A program made the position numbers and the translations under genes. Below are positions 1 through 8,311 of a stretch of DNA of 64,000 nt, in pieces. Origin of the DNA: Lachnospiraceae bacterium. GTDB taxonomy: Bacteria > Bacillota > Clostridia > Lachnospirales > Lachnospiraceae. The stretch is from assembly GCA_015056865.1 (NCBI GenBank), contig SVFM01000002.1:65791-129790 (forward strand), given 5' to 3'. Under the pieces are notes generated by a model, which did no database searches, was not told the origin of the DNA, and was given only the letters and a program-made list of their open reading frames with translations. Positions within the stretch are counted from its first letter, which is position 1, and every line of letters starts with the position of its first letter.

Positions 1-414
1 CACAGCCCGGGCCACTCCTCCGGCCCCCAGTAGAATCACCGATTCGCCTTCCACACAGACGCCGTCACTGACCATAGCACGATACAACCCGGGCATATCC
101 GTGTTGTATCCCTTATAACCGCCTTCCCTGCGCACCAGTGTGTTGACAGCTCCAATCTGCTCTGCCAATAGATCTATATCCACCAGATAGGGGATCACAT
201 CACTCTTGTAGGGCACTGTTACATTCACCCCCAACAAATTCAGGGCATAAGCCCCCTTCACCGCCTCTTCAATCCTGCCCTGCTCTATCCTGCAAGGTAT
301 GTAAGCCAAATTTATCTGCTTTAGTCCGGCCAGATAATTGTGAATGGCCGGGGATTTCGTATGTTCCACAGGATTTCCGAAAACACAGCATGTTCTGGTT
401 TTTCCATCTATCAT
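1..414 (-). CDS. aroE: shikimate dehydrogenase, N-terminal 138 codons (gene runs off the window start)
   Basis: Not in the ORF track because there is no stop in the window. Hand translation from the ATG at 414-412 gives MIDGKTRTCCVFGNPVEHTKSPAIHN. The window edge reads LGAGGVARAV, a dinucleotide-binding glycine loop. ATGA start/stop overlap with the upstream gene at 411-414. Confidence 0.8.
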   Translation of the reverse strand, partial: MIDGKTRTCCVFGNPVEHTKSPAIHNYLAGLKQINLAYIPCRIEQGRIEEAVKGAYALNLLGVNVTVPYKSDVIPYLVDIDLLAEQIGAVNTLVRREGGYKGYNTDMPGLYRAMVSDGVCVEGESVILLGAGGVARAV

Positions 415-926
415 TTTTTGTTCCTCTGCTTTCTCACATATCTTCTATAAAAGAACAACACAATTTTCTCCCCACAGCGTTTCAGAACAATCTGTATCTC
501 CTCCTTGGGGTGTATGGGTTCCACCAAAAAATTACGGATCCCCGCATTTTTTGCCCCCCAGATATCGGTAAACAGCTGATCTCCAACAAACAACGTATTG
601 GAAGTGTCTGTCCCCATCATCTCCATGGCTCTCTCATAACCTCCACTGCCGGGTTTACCTGCTTTATAAATATACTGTACCTTCACCTGATCATTAAAAG
701 ACTTGACTCTGGGCTCCTTATTGTTGGATAAAAGCACTACCTTATATCCGATCTTCTTTAATCGCTCAAAAAGAGCCAGCGCACGATCATCCGCCGGTGC
801 ACCGTGAGGAACCAGCGTATTGTCAATGTCAAAAATGATTCCACGATACCCTTCGGCATACAACTTTTCATAATCTATCACATAAGCAGACCGCACCTGC
901 TCATCAGGATAAAAACGTTCTAACAT
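411..926 (-). CDS. yqeG: YqeG-family HAD-IIIA phosphatase
   Basis: 171 aa with the DxDxT motif IIFDIDNTLV and GDQLFTDI. GGAGGCG RBS upstream of the ATG at 926. The yqeG/aroE neighbourhood matches Bacillus. Confidence 0.8.
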   Translation of the reverse strand: MLERFYPDEQVRSAYVIDYEKLYAEGYRGIIFDIDNTLVPHGAPADDRALALFERLKKIGYKVVLLSNNKEPRVKSFNDQVKVQYIYKAGKPGSGGYERAMEMMGTDTSNTLFVGDQLFTDIWGAKNAGIRNFLVEPIHPKEEIQIVLKRCGEKIVLFFYRRYVRKQRNKK

Positions 927-952
927 TTACGCCTCCATATTCTATCTTCAAT

Positions 953-977
953 AAGAATTTCGCCTCGCGAAATTCTT
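953..977. repeat. perfect 11-bp stem hairpin between nrdR and yqeG (possible attenuator or terminator, no U-tract)
   Basis: aagaatttcgc-ctc-gcgaaattctt read directly. No T-run on either side. Confidence 0.3.
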
Positions 978-1043
978 CGCCTGGACCAGGTCTGTAAAGT
1001 AACAAACACCCTGCCTGGTCGCAAGGTGCCTTTGTCACTGTTT

Positions 1044-1499
1044 TTACTTTTCTTCCAGAACACTTTTCAACTCGTCCATAAAAGTATTGATATCTTTAAA
1101 TTCACGATATACAGACGCAAAACGCACGTAGGCTACTGCTTCCAGATCCTTCAGCTTATTCATGACCAACTCACCGATCACTCTGCTGGGAATCTCTCGC
1201 TCCTCCATGTTGAAAATCTCTGTTTCCACCTCATCCACCAGTTGGTTGATCTGAGCGGCACTAATGGGACGCTTATGGCATGCCCGCAACACACCTGCCT
1301 CAATCTTAGCCCGGTCATATGTCTCCCTGTTATTATCCTTCTTGATAATGATCAGGGGTATGGTCTCAACCTTCTCATAAGTGGTAAAACGCTTGTCGCA
1401 CTCGTCACAGGCTCTTCTGCGACGGATGGAGTTGTTCTCCTCGGCAGGTCTGGAATCGATCACTCTGGTACTTTCATGACCGCAAAAAGGACATTTCAT
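1044..1499 (-). CDS. nrdR: transcriptional repressor NrdR
   Basis: MKCPFCGHESTRVIDSRP zinc ribbon plus ATP-cone. Start moved from the track start (1577) to the ATG at 1499, preceded by GAGGAGG. Confidence 0.93.
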   Translation of the reverse strand: MKCPFCGHESTRVIDSRPAEENNSIRRRRACDECDKRFTTYEKVETIPLIIIKKDNNRETYDRAKIEAGVLRACHKRPISAAQINQLVDEVETEIFNMEEREIPSRVIGELVMNKLKDLEAVAYVRFASVYREFKDINTFMDELKSVLEEK

Positions 1500-1567
1500 G
1501 TGTTCATCCTCCTCAAAATAACGGTAAAATCCATTTTTATTATAGGGTAGAACTCTCCTTATGTCAA

Positions 1568-1801
1568 CTAAAAGCAAATATCCACCAGAATAATATCCGG
1601 CCCGATCTGCTTAATGTCCCGGTAACAAATCTCATAATCACACTCTGACTTAAAAAAATTACAAAATCCGCCCCCTTTTGGAATGATCACTTTCAAAATA
1701 CATCCATTTTTCTCATCAAACTCCAGATCACAGACCTTTCCCAAACATTTACAGTCCCTGATATTGATAACACTCTTTGATTTCAGCTCGGAAAACAGCA
1801 T
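1568..1801 (-). CDS. ylmC: YlmC/YmxH-family sporulation protein (PRC-barrel)
   Basis: MLFSELKSKSVINIRDCKCLGKVCDLEFD is typical of YlmC/YmxH. ATG at 1801 with a GGAGG 5 nt upstream. Confidence 0.8.
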   Translation of the reverse strand: MLFSELKSKSVINIRDCKCLGKVCDLEFDEKNGCILKVIIPKGGGFCNFFKSECDYEICYRDIKQIGPDIILVDICF

Positions 1802-1873
1802 AATTCCTCCCACAAAACTCCTTATAATATTTTATGCAAGTATCCATAAAAGGTGATGGACTCCGGAAATGCA

Positions 1874-1904
1874 GGCATATTTTTGGAAGGTGCCGTAAAT
1901 ACTA
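1874..1904 (+). promoter_or_regulatory. putative forespore sigma-F/sigma-G type promoter of sigG
   Basis: GGCATA (1874-1879), a 15-nt spacer, then GTAAATACTA (1895-1904). The B. subtilis sigma-F consensus as I recall it is GCATA-N15-GGnRAYAMTW. It lies about 30 nt upstream of the sigG ATG. Confidence 0.45.
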
Positions 1905-1933
1905 TCTCCATATCATCTTACGGAGGCAACCAA

Positions 1934-2713
1934 ATGGCACAAGGAAAAGTTGAAATCTGCGGCGTCAATACATCTAAACTCCCGCTTCTTAATGCAGAAG
2001 AAAAAGAATCCCTGTTTTCACTGATCAAGCAGGGGGATTCCAAGGCCAGACAACAATATATCGAAGGCAATCTGCGGCTGGTCTTAAGCATCATCAAACG
2101 CTTTTCTTCCAGCTGCGAAAATGTGGACGACCTGTTTCAGATCGGCTGCATTGGACTGATCAAGGCCATCGACAACTTTGACACATCCTTAAATGTGAAG
2201 TTTTCCACTTACGCCGTCCCCATGATCATCGGAGAGATCCGGCGCTTCCTTAGGGACAACAATACCATACGCGTATCCCGTTCCCTGAAGGACACTGCCT
2301 ACAAGGCAATCTACACCAAGGAAGCCTTGATGAGAAAAAATGCAAAAGAACCCTCCATTGAAGAAATTGCCGCAGAGATAGGCATCTCAGCAACAGATAT
2401 CACCTATGCCCTGGATGCCATACAAAGCCCCATGAGTCTGTACGAGCCCATTTTTACCGACGGTGGGGACACGCTCTATGTCATGGATCAGATCAGCGAC
2501 AAAAAAAATAAGGAAGAGACCTGGATCGAACATCTCTCCCTTAGTGAAGCAATGAAAAAATTAAATGAGCGGGAACACGAAATCATTACCCTTCGTTTTT
2601 TTGAGGGCAAGACCCAAATGGAAGTGGCACGCATGATCGGAATCTCCCAGGCTCAAGTATCACGCCTGGAAAAAAATGCACTGCAAGTTATGCGCTCTTA
2701 CCTGGCAGGATAA
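1934..2713 (+). CDS. sigG: RNA polymerase sporulation sigma factor SigG
   Basis: KVEICGVNTSKLPLL N-terminus and sigma-70 regions 2-4 (FSTYAVPMIIGEIRRFLRD, ISQAQVSRLEKNAL). ATG at 1934 with a GGAGG 7 nt upstream. The track start at 1853 is a GTG. Confidence 0.9.
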   Translation: MAQGKVEICGVNTSKLPLLNAEEKESLFSLIKQGDSKARQQYIEGNLRLVLSIIKRFSSSCENVDDLFQIGCIGLIKAIDNFDTSLNVKFSTYAVPMIIGEIRRFLRDNNTIRVSRSLKDTAYKAIYTKEALMRKNAKEPSIEEIAAEIGISATDITYALDAIQSPMSLYEPIFTDGGDTLYVMDQISDKKNKEETWIEHLSLSEAMKKLNEREHEIITLRFFEGKTQMEVARMIGISQAQVSRLEKNALQVMRSYLAG

Positions 2714-2970
2714 CCCTTCTCAAACAAAACATCATTCATCCAGGCAACGGCATCTCCCACACCATCCTCATCAAAAGAAAACAGATGACTTGTTTTATCC
2801 GTCTCCGGAGTCGCAAAATAATTGTACGGCTCCGGCCAGACGGTGGCCTTCAACTTGGTTTCCTCTTCCACCGCCAGCTTTTCCAGGCGATACCGCATCC
2901 CCTGATAACTGCCTGTATACTCCGACTTCTTCAAAAACTCCATAGACAAAATATCATCTCTGCTTATCAT
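2698..2970 (-). CDS. hypothetical small protein (90 aa)
   Basis: ATG at 2970 preceded by GGAGGAG at 2980-2986. The longer track ORF (to 3150) reads through a palindrome arm. The 3' end overlaps the sigG 3' end convergently by 16 nt. Confidence 0.5.
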   Translation of the reverse strand: MISRDDILSMEFLKKSEYTGSYQGMRYRLEKLAVEEETKLKATVWPEPYNYFATPETDKTSHLFSFDEDGVGDAVAWMNDVLFEKGYPAR

Positions 2971-2998
2971 TTGCTCTCTCCTCCGATCCAATGACGGC

Positions 2999-3214
2999 TG
3001 CGTGGGACGAAGAAAGGGCGGGGGCATGGAGGCAGGCTGAAGGGGTAGAGCCAATAGGCGGACCCTTGAAAAACGTCGGCACTTGGTTTTTTCAAGCATG
3101 TGCGCAGAAAAAGCCTTAGTACCGCTACGTTTTTCACGGAGTGAAAACACGTCCGCCTATTGGCTCTACCCCTTCAGCCTGCCTCCATGCCCCCGCCCTT
3201 TCTCGTCCCACGCA
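2999..3214. repeat. nested palindromic intergenic element, copy A (about 64-nt arms plus conserved 87-nt core)
   Basis: Arms 2999-3063 and 3151-3214 are complementary apart from one 1-nt bulge (hand alignment). Core 3064-3150 closely resembles 55314-55417 and the reverse complement of 54228-54311. Confidence 0.85.
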
Positions 3215-3225
3215 ACTATCATTTA

Positions 3226-3969
3226 TCACATCATAACCCGACTCATCTCTTTTTTCAATTGTTTCATGATCTTTTTTTCCAGCCTGGAAATATAGGACTG
3301 GGATATTCCCAGCATAGCAGCCACTTCTTTCTGTGTCATCTCCTGCCCGTCCGGCATACCAAGTCCAAATCTCAGACGTACAATGGTCTTTTCCCGATCC
3401 GACAATTTATCCACTGCTTTCATCAAAAGCTTTCTTTCCACCTCATTTTCCAAGTCTCTGTAGATCACGTCCTCTTCCGTTCCCAGAATATCCGAAAGCA
3501 GTAGTTCATTCCCATCCCAGTCTACATTCAAGGGTTCATCGATAGATACCTCCAAACGGGTTTTATTATTTCTGCGTAAATACATCAGGATTTCATTCTC
3601 TATACACCTGGAGGCATAAGTCGCTAGCTTAATGTTTTTGTCAGGTTTAAAGGTATTAATGGACTTGATCAGTCCTATTGTGCCGATAGAGATCAAATCT
3701 TCCACACCCACGCCGGTGTTATCAAATTTTTTGGCTATGTAAACCACCAGCCGCAGATTATGTTCTATCAGGATAGCCTTGGCTTCATCCTCATATTCTG
3801 TTCCCAGATCACCGATAACCTGATTTTCTTTTTCAGATTCCAGCGGCGGTGGAAGCACTTCTGTACCCCCTATGTAATGAATATCGTTTTGTTTCTGCAT
3901 CAGGAGATTTCGCTCCCGCCGTATCATTTTAAATTGTATTCTCCCGGGTATTGCCACTCTTAATATCAT
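3226..3969 (-). CDS. sigE: RNA polymerase sporulation sigma factor SigE (pro-sigma-E)
   Basis: [12 protein letters not shown] pro-sequence junction and sigma-70 regions 2-4. The ATG at 3969 follows a GGAGGA; the in-frame ATG at 3981 is an alternative start. It lies directly downstream of spoIIGA. Confidence 0.92.
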   Translation of the reverse strand: MILRVAIPGRIQFKMIRRERNLLMQKQNDIHYIGGTEVLPPPLESEKENQVIGDLGTEYEDEAKAILIEHNLRLVVYIAKKFDNTGVGVEDLISIGTIGLIKSINTFKPDKNIKLATYASRCIENEILMYLRRNNKTRLEVSIDEPLNVDWDGNELLLSDILGTEEDVIYRDLENEVERKLLMKAVDKLSDREKTIVRLRFGLGMPDGQEMTQKEVAAMLGISQSYISRLEKKIMKQLKKEMSRVMM

Positions 3970-3988
3970 TGTATCCTCCATTCTACCG

Positions 3989-4789
3989 TCAGCCCATCAG
4001 CTTTGGGTGCAAAATCATTTCATAATTGTCGCCTGCGGATATTTTGTGTTCCCCCACACCCAGATACACGTGATGCAAGGTACTCAGCACACCCTCTGCC
4101 TCTATCTTCATCTCAGGTATCTCATATCCTTTCAGAATACCGTGGGCACATCCTACACTGTGATATGGTACAGCCCTATAAAACTCCGGCACGCCCTCCG
4201 GCCACAACCGTTCCATCACCTGAGGCGCCACTACTGACACAGGTTTGCCGCTAATCGGTTCTGTCAAATGATTGCCCGTATCCACCAGAGCTGTGATGCA
4301 GACACAGAGATCGTCTTTTACCAAAGTGACTTTACAGAAAGTATGTGGTTCTCTTTTTCTCCTTTCCATCAGATAGGAAAAAAGAAGATAAAGCATCCCG
4401 CCCGCTCCTACGACCGCAGCCGCTCCCGGTATCAGATCTGTAATCCCTTGCAGGTATCGCATTATAAACAGCAAAGCGCCTCCCATCAAAAAGGAATATC
4501 CTATGAGAATTTCCGTGAGCTTAAAGCAAGATTTTATATCCACCGGGCGAAACACCCATTTGACCATACACACTCCTGCAATCCCAGTCCCCATAGCCAA
4601 TTTTAGCAAGGCCGGTACATAGGGCAGAATCAGACTGAAACAATAAAAAAGTGCTCCTATCAATGCCCCGCCCATTAGTCTCCGTCGTGTGGCAGTACGC
4701 CGGACACCTCTGTTCATCAGCATCAACAAGTAAAAATTCATTACAAAATTCACCAGAAACAGGGAATCTATGTAAATTTCATAAGTCAT
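3989..4789 (-). CDS. spoIIGA: sigma-E processing peptidase SpoIIGA
   Basis: 266 aa with multiple N-terminal TM segments, and LVDTGN in the C-terminal domain, which I take as the aspartic protease motif. Position immediately upstream of sigE. Confidence 0.88.
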   Translation of the reverse strand: MTYEIYIDSLFLVNFVMNFYLLMLMNRGVRRTATRRRLMGGALIGALFYCFSLILPYVPALLKLAMGTGIAGVCMVKWVFRPVDIKSCFKLTEILIGYSFLMGGALLFIMRYLQGITDLIPGAAAVVGAGGMLYLLFSYLMERRKREPHTFCKVTLVKDDLCVCITALVDTGNHLTEPISGKPVSVVAPQVMERLWPEGVPEFYRAVPYHSVGCAHGILKGYEIPEMKIEAEGVLSTLHHVYLGVGEHKISAGDNYEMILHPKLMG

Positions 4790-4827
4790 ATCCGGCCCCT
4801 TTCCGGACTTCTGTGCCCTTCACATTG

Positions 4828-4903
4828 ATTATAAAGTCTCCTTGGCAAAGATTTTGTCATTTTTTATAAGGAATCACCTATTTTCTCATGACCGGTTTCG
4901 ACA
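4828..4903 (-). promoter_or_regulatory. putative Spo0A-dependent spoIIG promoter
   Basis: On the minus strand: TGTCGAA (0A-box consensus, 4897-4903), then ATGACA (4855-4860) overlapping a TGACAAA 0A-like box, a 21-nt spacer, then TATAAT (4828-4833). The over-long spacer resembles the B. subtilis spoIIG promoter (22 bp). Confidence 0.45.
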
Positions 4904-4910
4904 CAGCAAT

Positions 4911-4964
4911 AAATATAAAATACCGGGCAGAATGGAAATATAAAGTTTCACATTCTACCCGGTA
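4911..4964 (-). terminator. Rho-independent terminator ending the accessory operon
   Basis: 14-bp stem with one mismatch (4921-4934 and 4951-4964), followed on the minus strand by TTTTATATTT. Confidence 0.6.
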
Positions 4965-4994
4965 TATCTTAGAAATTCTAACAGATCTTGTACT

Positions 4995-6068
4995 CTATGA
5001 AAGCACCTTTTTTAAATAGTTCATTCCAACCTTTCTCAACTCGGATATTTTCTCATCCACCACATCCCAATTCTGCAAAAAACTGATTTGAAATATCTTT
5101 GTCTGGGAATCTTCCTTCCATACTGCCCCCAAGGTATCCAGAAGGTTTTGAATCCTATTGTTACGCTTGGCCAGCTTCTGCAAGGGTTTTATATATAAAT
5201 CTTTGTGGAACAACACTGCAAACACCGTCCCGTGAAAAGAATTGGTATATACCTCTTTTGCATGATAAAAGCAGCTGAGCCATTCCTGTGGGCCACAACC
5301 TCCTGCCTGTGAACTCAGCCCTTGAATACTGAGCATAGAACTGATGCACACCAACTGGCATCCCAAAGCTTTCGCACGCTCCTGTGCGATCTTATACAGC
5401 TGCGAGTCAAACTCCGTCATATAAAGTACCACTGCTTCTTTACTGTCATGCACAAGCTCTGCCCACTCCTTGGCAGTCAAAAGCAACGTGGGATCCGGGC
5501 AAATCTGTGCTTCCCGTCCCAGCAACTCTTGAATAATCCCTGCACCGGATGCCTCTCTCACAGAAATTTGCGCAAAATCCTTTAACTGTTCATAATACCA
5601 CTCTCTGGTCTTCTCCGGCAATTCCTCCATACCAAAACTGGCCGCATAAGAAATCCGTTTTTGAGGCTCTGCAAAATCAAGAAACCAAAACGGATCCGCT
5701 CCTGTAATCTCGAAATTCCATACCTGATCGCTGCCTGCCACAAAGCAGGAAAACTCTTGATTCAGATCCCTTTCCTCTGTCAGATCTGCTTCCGGCAGAT
5801 AATTTTCCACAAACCGCTGAAATTCTTTCTTTCGCAGATCCATGTAGCGCTGCATCATTTTCTTGGCAACCACTGCCACTTTGTCGTATTTCAGATCCGG
5901 TGATACACCTGCTTCCTGCTCTGCGACGGCAGCTTTTGCACGCTTATCACGCACAAAGCAAACCTCTGCACCCAAAGTTTCCAGTGCTCTGCACAAACCA
6001 AAAGCCTGCAATGCGGCCCCATAATTTTCGTGATTATGGAAAGTAACAATTCCAACTCTATTCTTCAT
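4995..6068 (-). CDS. polysaccharide pyruvyl transferase family protein
   Basis: VGIVTFHNHENYGAALQAFGL N-terminus is typical of the PS_pyruv_trans family. 11-nt overlap with the upstream GT2 gene. Confidence 0.75.
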   Translation of the reverse strand: MKNRVGIVTFHNHENYGAALQAFGLCRALETLGAEVCFVRDKRAKAAVAEQEAGVSPDLKYDKVAVVAKKMMQRYMDLRKKEFQRFVENYLPEADLTEERDLNQEFSCFVAGSDQVWNFEITGADPFWFLDFAEPQKRISYAASFGMEELPEKTREWYYEQLKDFAQISVREASGAGIIQELLGREAQICPDPTLLLTAKEWAELVHDSKEAVVLYMTEFDSQLYKIAQERAKALGCQLVCISSMLSIQGLSSQAGGCGPQEWLSCFYHAKEVYTNSFHGTVFAVLFHKDLYIKPLQKLAKRNNRIQNLLDTLGAVWKEDSQTKIFQISFLQNWDVVDEKISELRKVGMNYLKKVLS

Positions 6069-6924
6069 GCTTTTCCTTTCTTTGAAGCGTATTTTTTACA
6101 GCTTGCAGGTACTGCCGACGCAGACACATCCGCTCTCTGTTCCAATACTCTCGTATCATGCGGCTATAAGTTTCCCTATCGCAATTACAGTGAGGCAAAA
6201 TGTCCAACTGCAATTTTTCAAAGCCGTTCACTCGTTCCATCCTTTGGGGAAAGGACACAAAACTCCGGGAATGATTCGCTCCATGGATGCGATAAAAATA
6301 TAATACTTCATCCAGATAACCACACTCCCCCAAGGATAACGGCGGAAGCAGCATCTGCATATTCTGTCCCTGTCTGGACACTGGTATCTGCCTCTGAGGA
6401 TAGCAGGAGAAAAAAGCCTCCGCCCGCACCAGGTAGCAGCCGCAATGGCAGTAGGTTTTGGAAAAGAGCAAATCCTCAAACCGGCATTTTATCTCTTTGT
6501 CACTCTCCTGCGCCAGAGTTTCTTTTTTCCCGTTCTGCATATCAATCTGCATTCCGTCGCAGCGCATGATAACAAACTCCGGATGTTCCTGCAGAAACTG
6601 CACCTTTTTAGCGATATTATTCTCACTCATCCAGTCATCTGCATCCACCCATGCCAAATATTCTCCCGTACAATAAGGCAAAGCAGTATTCATCGCACTG
6701 GCAGCGCCCTGATTACACTCATGCTGAAAAAATAGCACTTCCGTCAATTTACTCTTTAATTCATTCTCATACCTGTAAAAAACACCTGCCGAATCATCTA
6801 TTGAGCCATCATCCACCACCAACAGCTGAATATTAGGATAGGTCTGCGTCAATATCGATTGAAGCATTTCCTCGAAGTATGCTCCTGCATTATAGAGCGG
6901 AATGATCAGAGAAACTTTCTCCAT
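6058..6924 (-). CDS. glycosyltransferase family 2
   Basis: SLIIPLYNAGAYFEEML, VVDDGSIDDS and VDADD motifs (GT-A fold). Start moved to the ATG at 6924; the track start at 7026 lies inside the upstream gene. Confidence 0.85.
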   Translation of the reverse strand: MEKVSLIIPLYNAGAYFEEMLQSILTQTYPNIQLLVVDDGSIDDSAGVFYRYENELKSKLTEVLFFQHECNQGAASAMNTALPYCTGEYLAWVDADDWMSENNIAKKVQFLQEHPEFVIMRCDGMQIDMQNGKKETLAQESDKEIKCRFEDLLFSKTYCHCGCYLVRAEAFFSCYPQRQIPVSRQGQNMQMLLPPLSLGECGYLDEVLYFYRIHGANHSRSFVSFPQRMERVNGFEKLQLDILPHCNCDRETYSRMIREYWNRERMCLRRQYLQAVKNTLQRKEKHEE

Positions 6925-6928
6925 CAGA

Positions 6929-8311
6929 CTACTCCCCCTTCTTTTTCTGCCGAAGGTGCTCCCGCAAAATACGTGCATAGTCCATCTGTTCCTGGCCTCG
7001 CATACGCCTTCCGGTGTTATTTTCATGGATTCGGCGCTCTAACGTAACATATTCGATCCTGCAAGAAGGCAATCCGGTATTTCTGAACTTTAATTGCCAT
7101 GCCACTGTTTCACCGGTTTTCAACTGTAGATCAAATGGCCCTACCTTTCGGAATACTTCCTTGCGGATCAGAGAACATCCCGGCAGGCAACCGCTGTAAG
7201 TTCTTACCTTTCCCTCTTCACCGGCATTGGTGGATCGGCCCGGCAGATCATAAAAATCTCTGGCATAGGAAAACACTGCACTTAAACTGCCATCCTTTTG
7301 TATGGGAGCATACAGTGCTTCAAAGGCCCCTTCCGTCAGCCTGTCATCTGCATCCAAAAAGAAAAGCCAGGAATACTGTGCCATCGTGATCGCCGTATTT
7401 CTGGATGCTGCAGCTCCTCTATGCTCCGCCTTACATACAACTGCTCCGGCCTGCTTTGCCAATTCGGCCGTGTCATCCTCTGATCCGTCATCCACCACAA
7501 TAATTTCAACCGGCAACTCCGTAAACTTTTGTTTTTTTACACTCTCAATGCACTCCACAATAAATTTCTGTGCATTCCAGGCGGGAATTAAAACTGATAT
7601 GCCGTTTTTCTCCATGTTGTTTCTCCTCACTGCACGAATACTTTTGTGTACAATGTCCTTCTGGAACTGCTTGCGCTGCTCTTTGCACTGTTTTGCTCCG
7701 CTACCGGTCAGATTTTTCCCGTGGAGTCTGCGCAGATACAGTTTTTCTTCCATATATGCTCTGGGAATCTTTTGTAGCCAGATTTGATAGGTCCACTCTG
7801 AATCCTCACCTCGCTCCAGGTCTTCGGAAAACAATCCGCATTGATTCAGAATGCTCCTATGAAATAATGCGGTAGGAAGGCAGGCAATATCATGCTCTGC
7901 AAATTGACAACAACGCTTTACCCACTCCTCCTGCGCAGATACAGAAGACTCCAAAAAATTTTCGTACGCGGTAAACACGATCTTGCACTCCGGATGTTCT
8001 TTTAAATACGCCATCTGCAGCCGCAGCTTTTCCGGTTTCCAATAATCATCCGCATCAAGAAAGGCCAGATAATCACCTGTTGCCCTTTTCAGCGCGGTAT
8101 TGCGCGCCGCTGAAACGCCCCTGTGTTCCTGTCTGATATAATTGACCTGCGGAAAATTTGCAACCACTTTTGGGGTATCATCCGTGGAACCATCATCCAC
8201 CACCAGAATTTCCAGTTCCTCACCACAGTCCTGAGCCATCACACTATCGATACATTCTGCAAGAAATCTACCGTAATTGTATGTAACGATCAAAACAGAA
8301 ATTTTACTCAT
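6929..8311 (-). CDS. tandem (two-domain) glycosyltransferase family 2
   Basis: Two GT-A modules in one 460-aa protein: SVLIVTYNYGRF..VVDDGSTDDT..LDADD and SVLIPAWNAQKF..VVDDGSEDDT..LDADD. Confidence 0.85.
   Translation of the reverse strand: MSKISVLIVTYNYGRFLAECIDSVMAQDCGEELEILVVDDGSTDDTPKVVANFPQVNYIRQEHRGVSAARNTALKRATGDYLAFLDADDYWKPEKLRLQMAYLKEHPECKIVFTAYENFLESSVSAQEEWVKRCCQFAEHDIACLPTALFHRSILNQCGLFSEDLERGEDSEWTYQIWLQKIPRAYMEEKLYLRRLHGKNLTGSGAKQCKEQRKQFQKDIVHKSIRAVRRNNMEKNGISVLIPAWNAQKFIVECIESVKKQKFTELPVEIIVVDDGSEDDTAELAKQAGAVVCKAEHRGAAASRNTAITMAQYSWLFFLDADDRLTEGAFEALYAPIQKDGSLSAVFSYARDFYDLPGRSTNAGEEGKVRTYSGCLPGCSLIRKEVFRKVGPFDLQLKTGETVAWQLKFRNTGLPSCRIEYVTLERRIHENNTGRRMRGQEQMDYARILREHLRQKKKGE

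Noticed and set aside
2971-3150. N-terminal 60 codons of the track ORF 2698-3150. ORFs 3083-3295 and 3160-3504 also lie across the palindrome.
   Set aside because: These frames simply read through the palindrome arms and core. A GGAGGAG RBS precedes the internal ATG at 2970.
2999-3214. Interpreting the long palindromes (also 47249-47338, 54149-54387 and 55234-55494) as a CRISPR array, invertons or plain Rho-independent terminators.
   Set aside because: They are inverted repeats, not direct repeats with spacers. The arms (31-65 nt) are far longer than typical invertase sites, and no recombinase gene is nearby. None has a U-tract, and one (copy D) follows a separate canonical terminator.
4787-4861. 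24-codon minus-strand uORF ([24 protein letters not shown]) ending in an ATGA overlap with spoIIGA, considered as a precursor or leader peptide.
   Set aside because: Its ATG lies inside the predicted -35/0A-box region of the spoIIG promoter, so it would not be on the transcript. It has no RBS.
4888-5019. 43-codon plus-strand ORF (MTGFDTAINIKYR...), considered as a possible RiPP precursor next to the accessory operon.
   Set aside because: It has no RBS. It spans the terminator hairpin and the 3' end of the pyruvyl transferase gene, and it is on the opposite strand to the operon.
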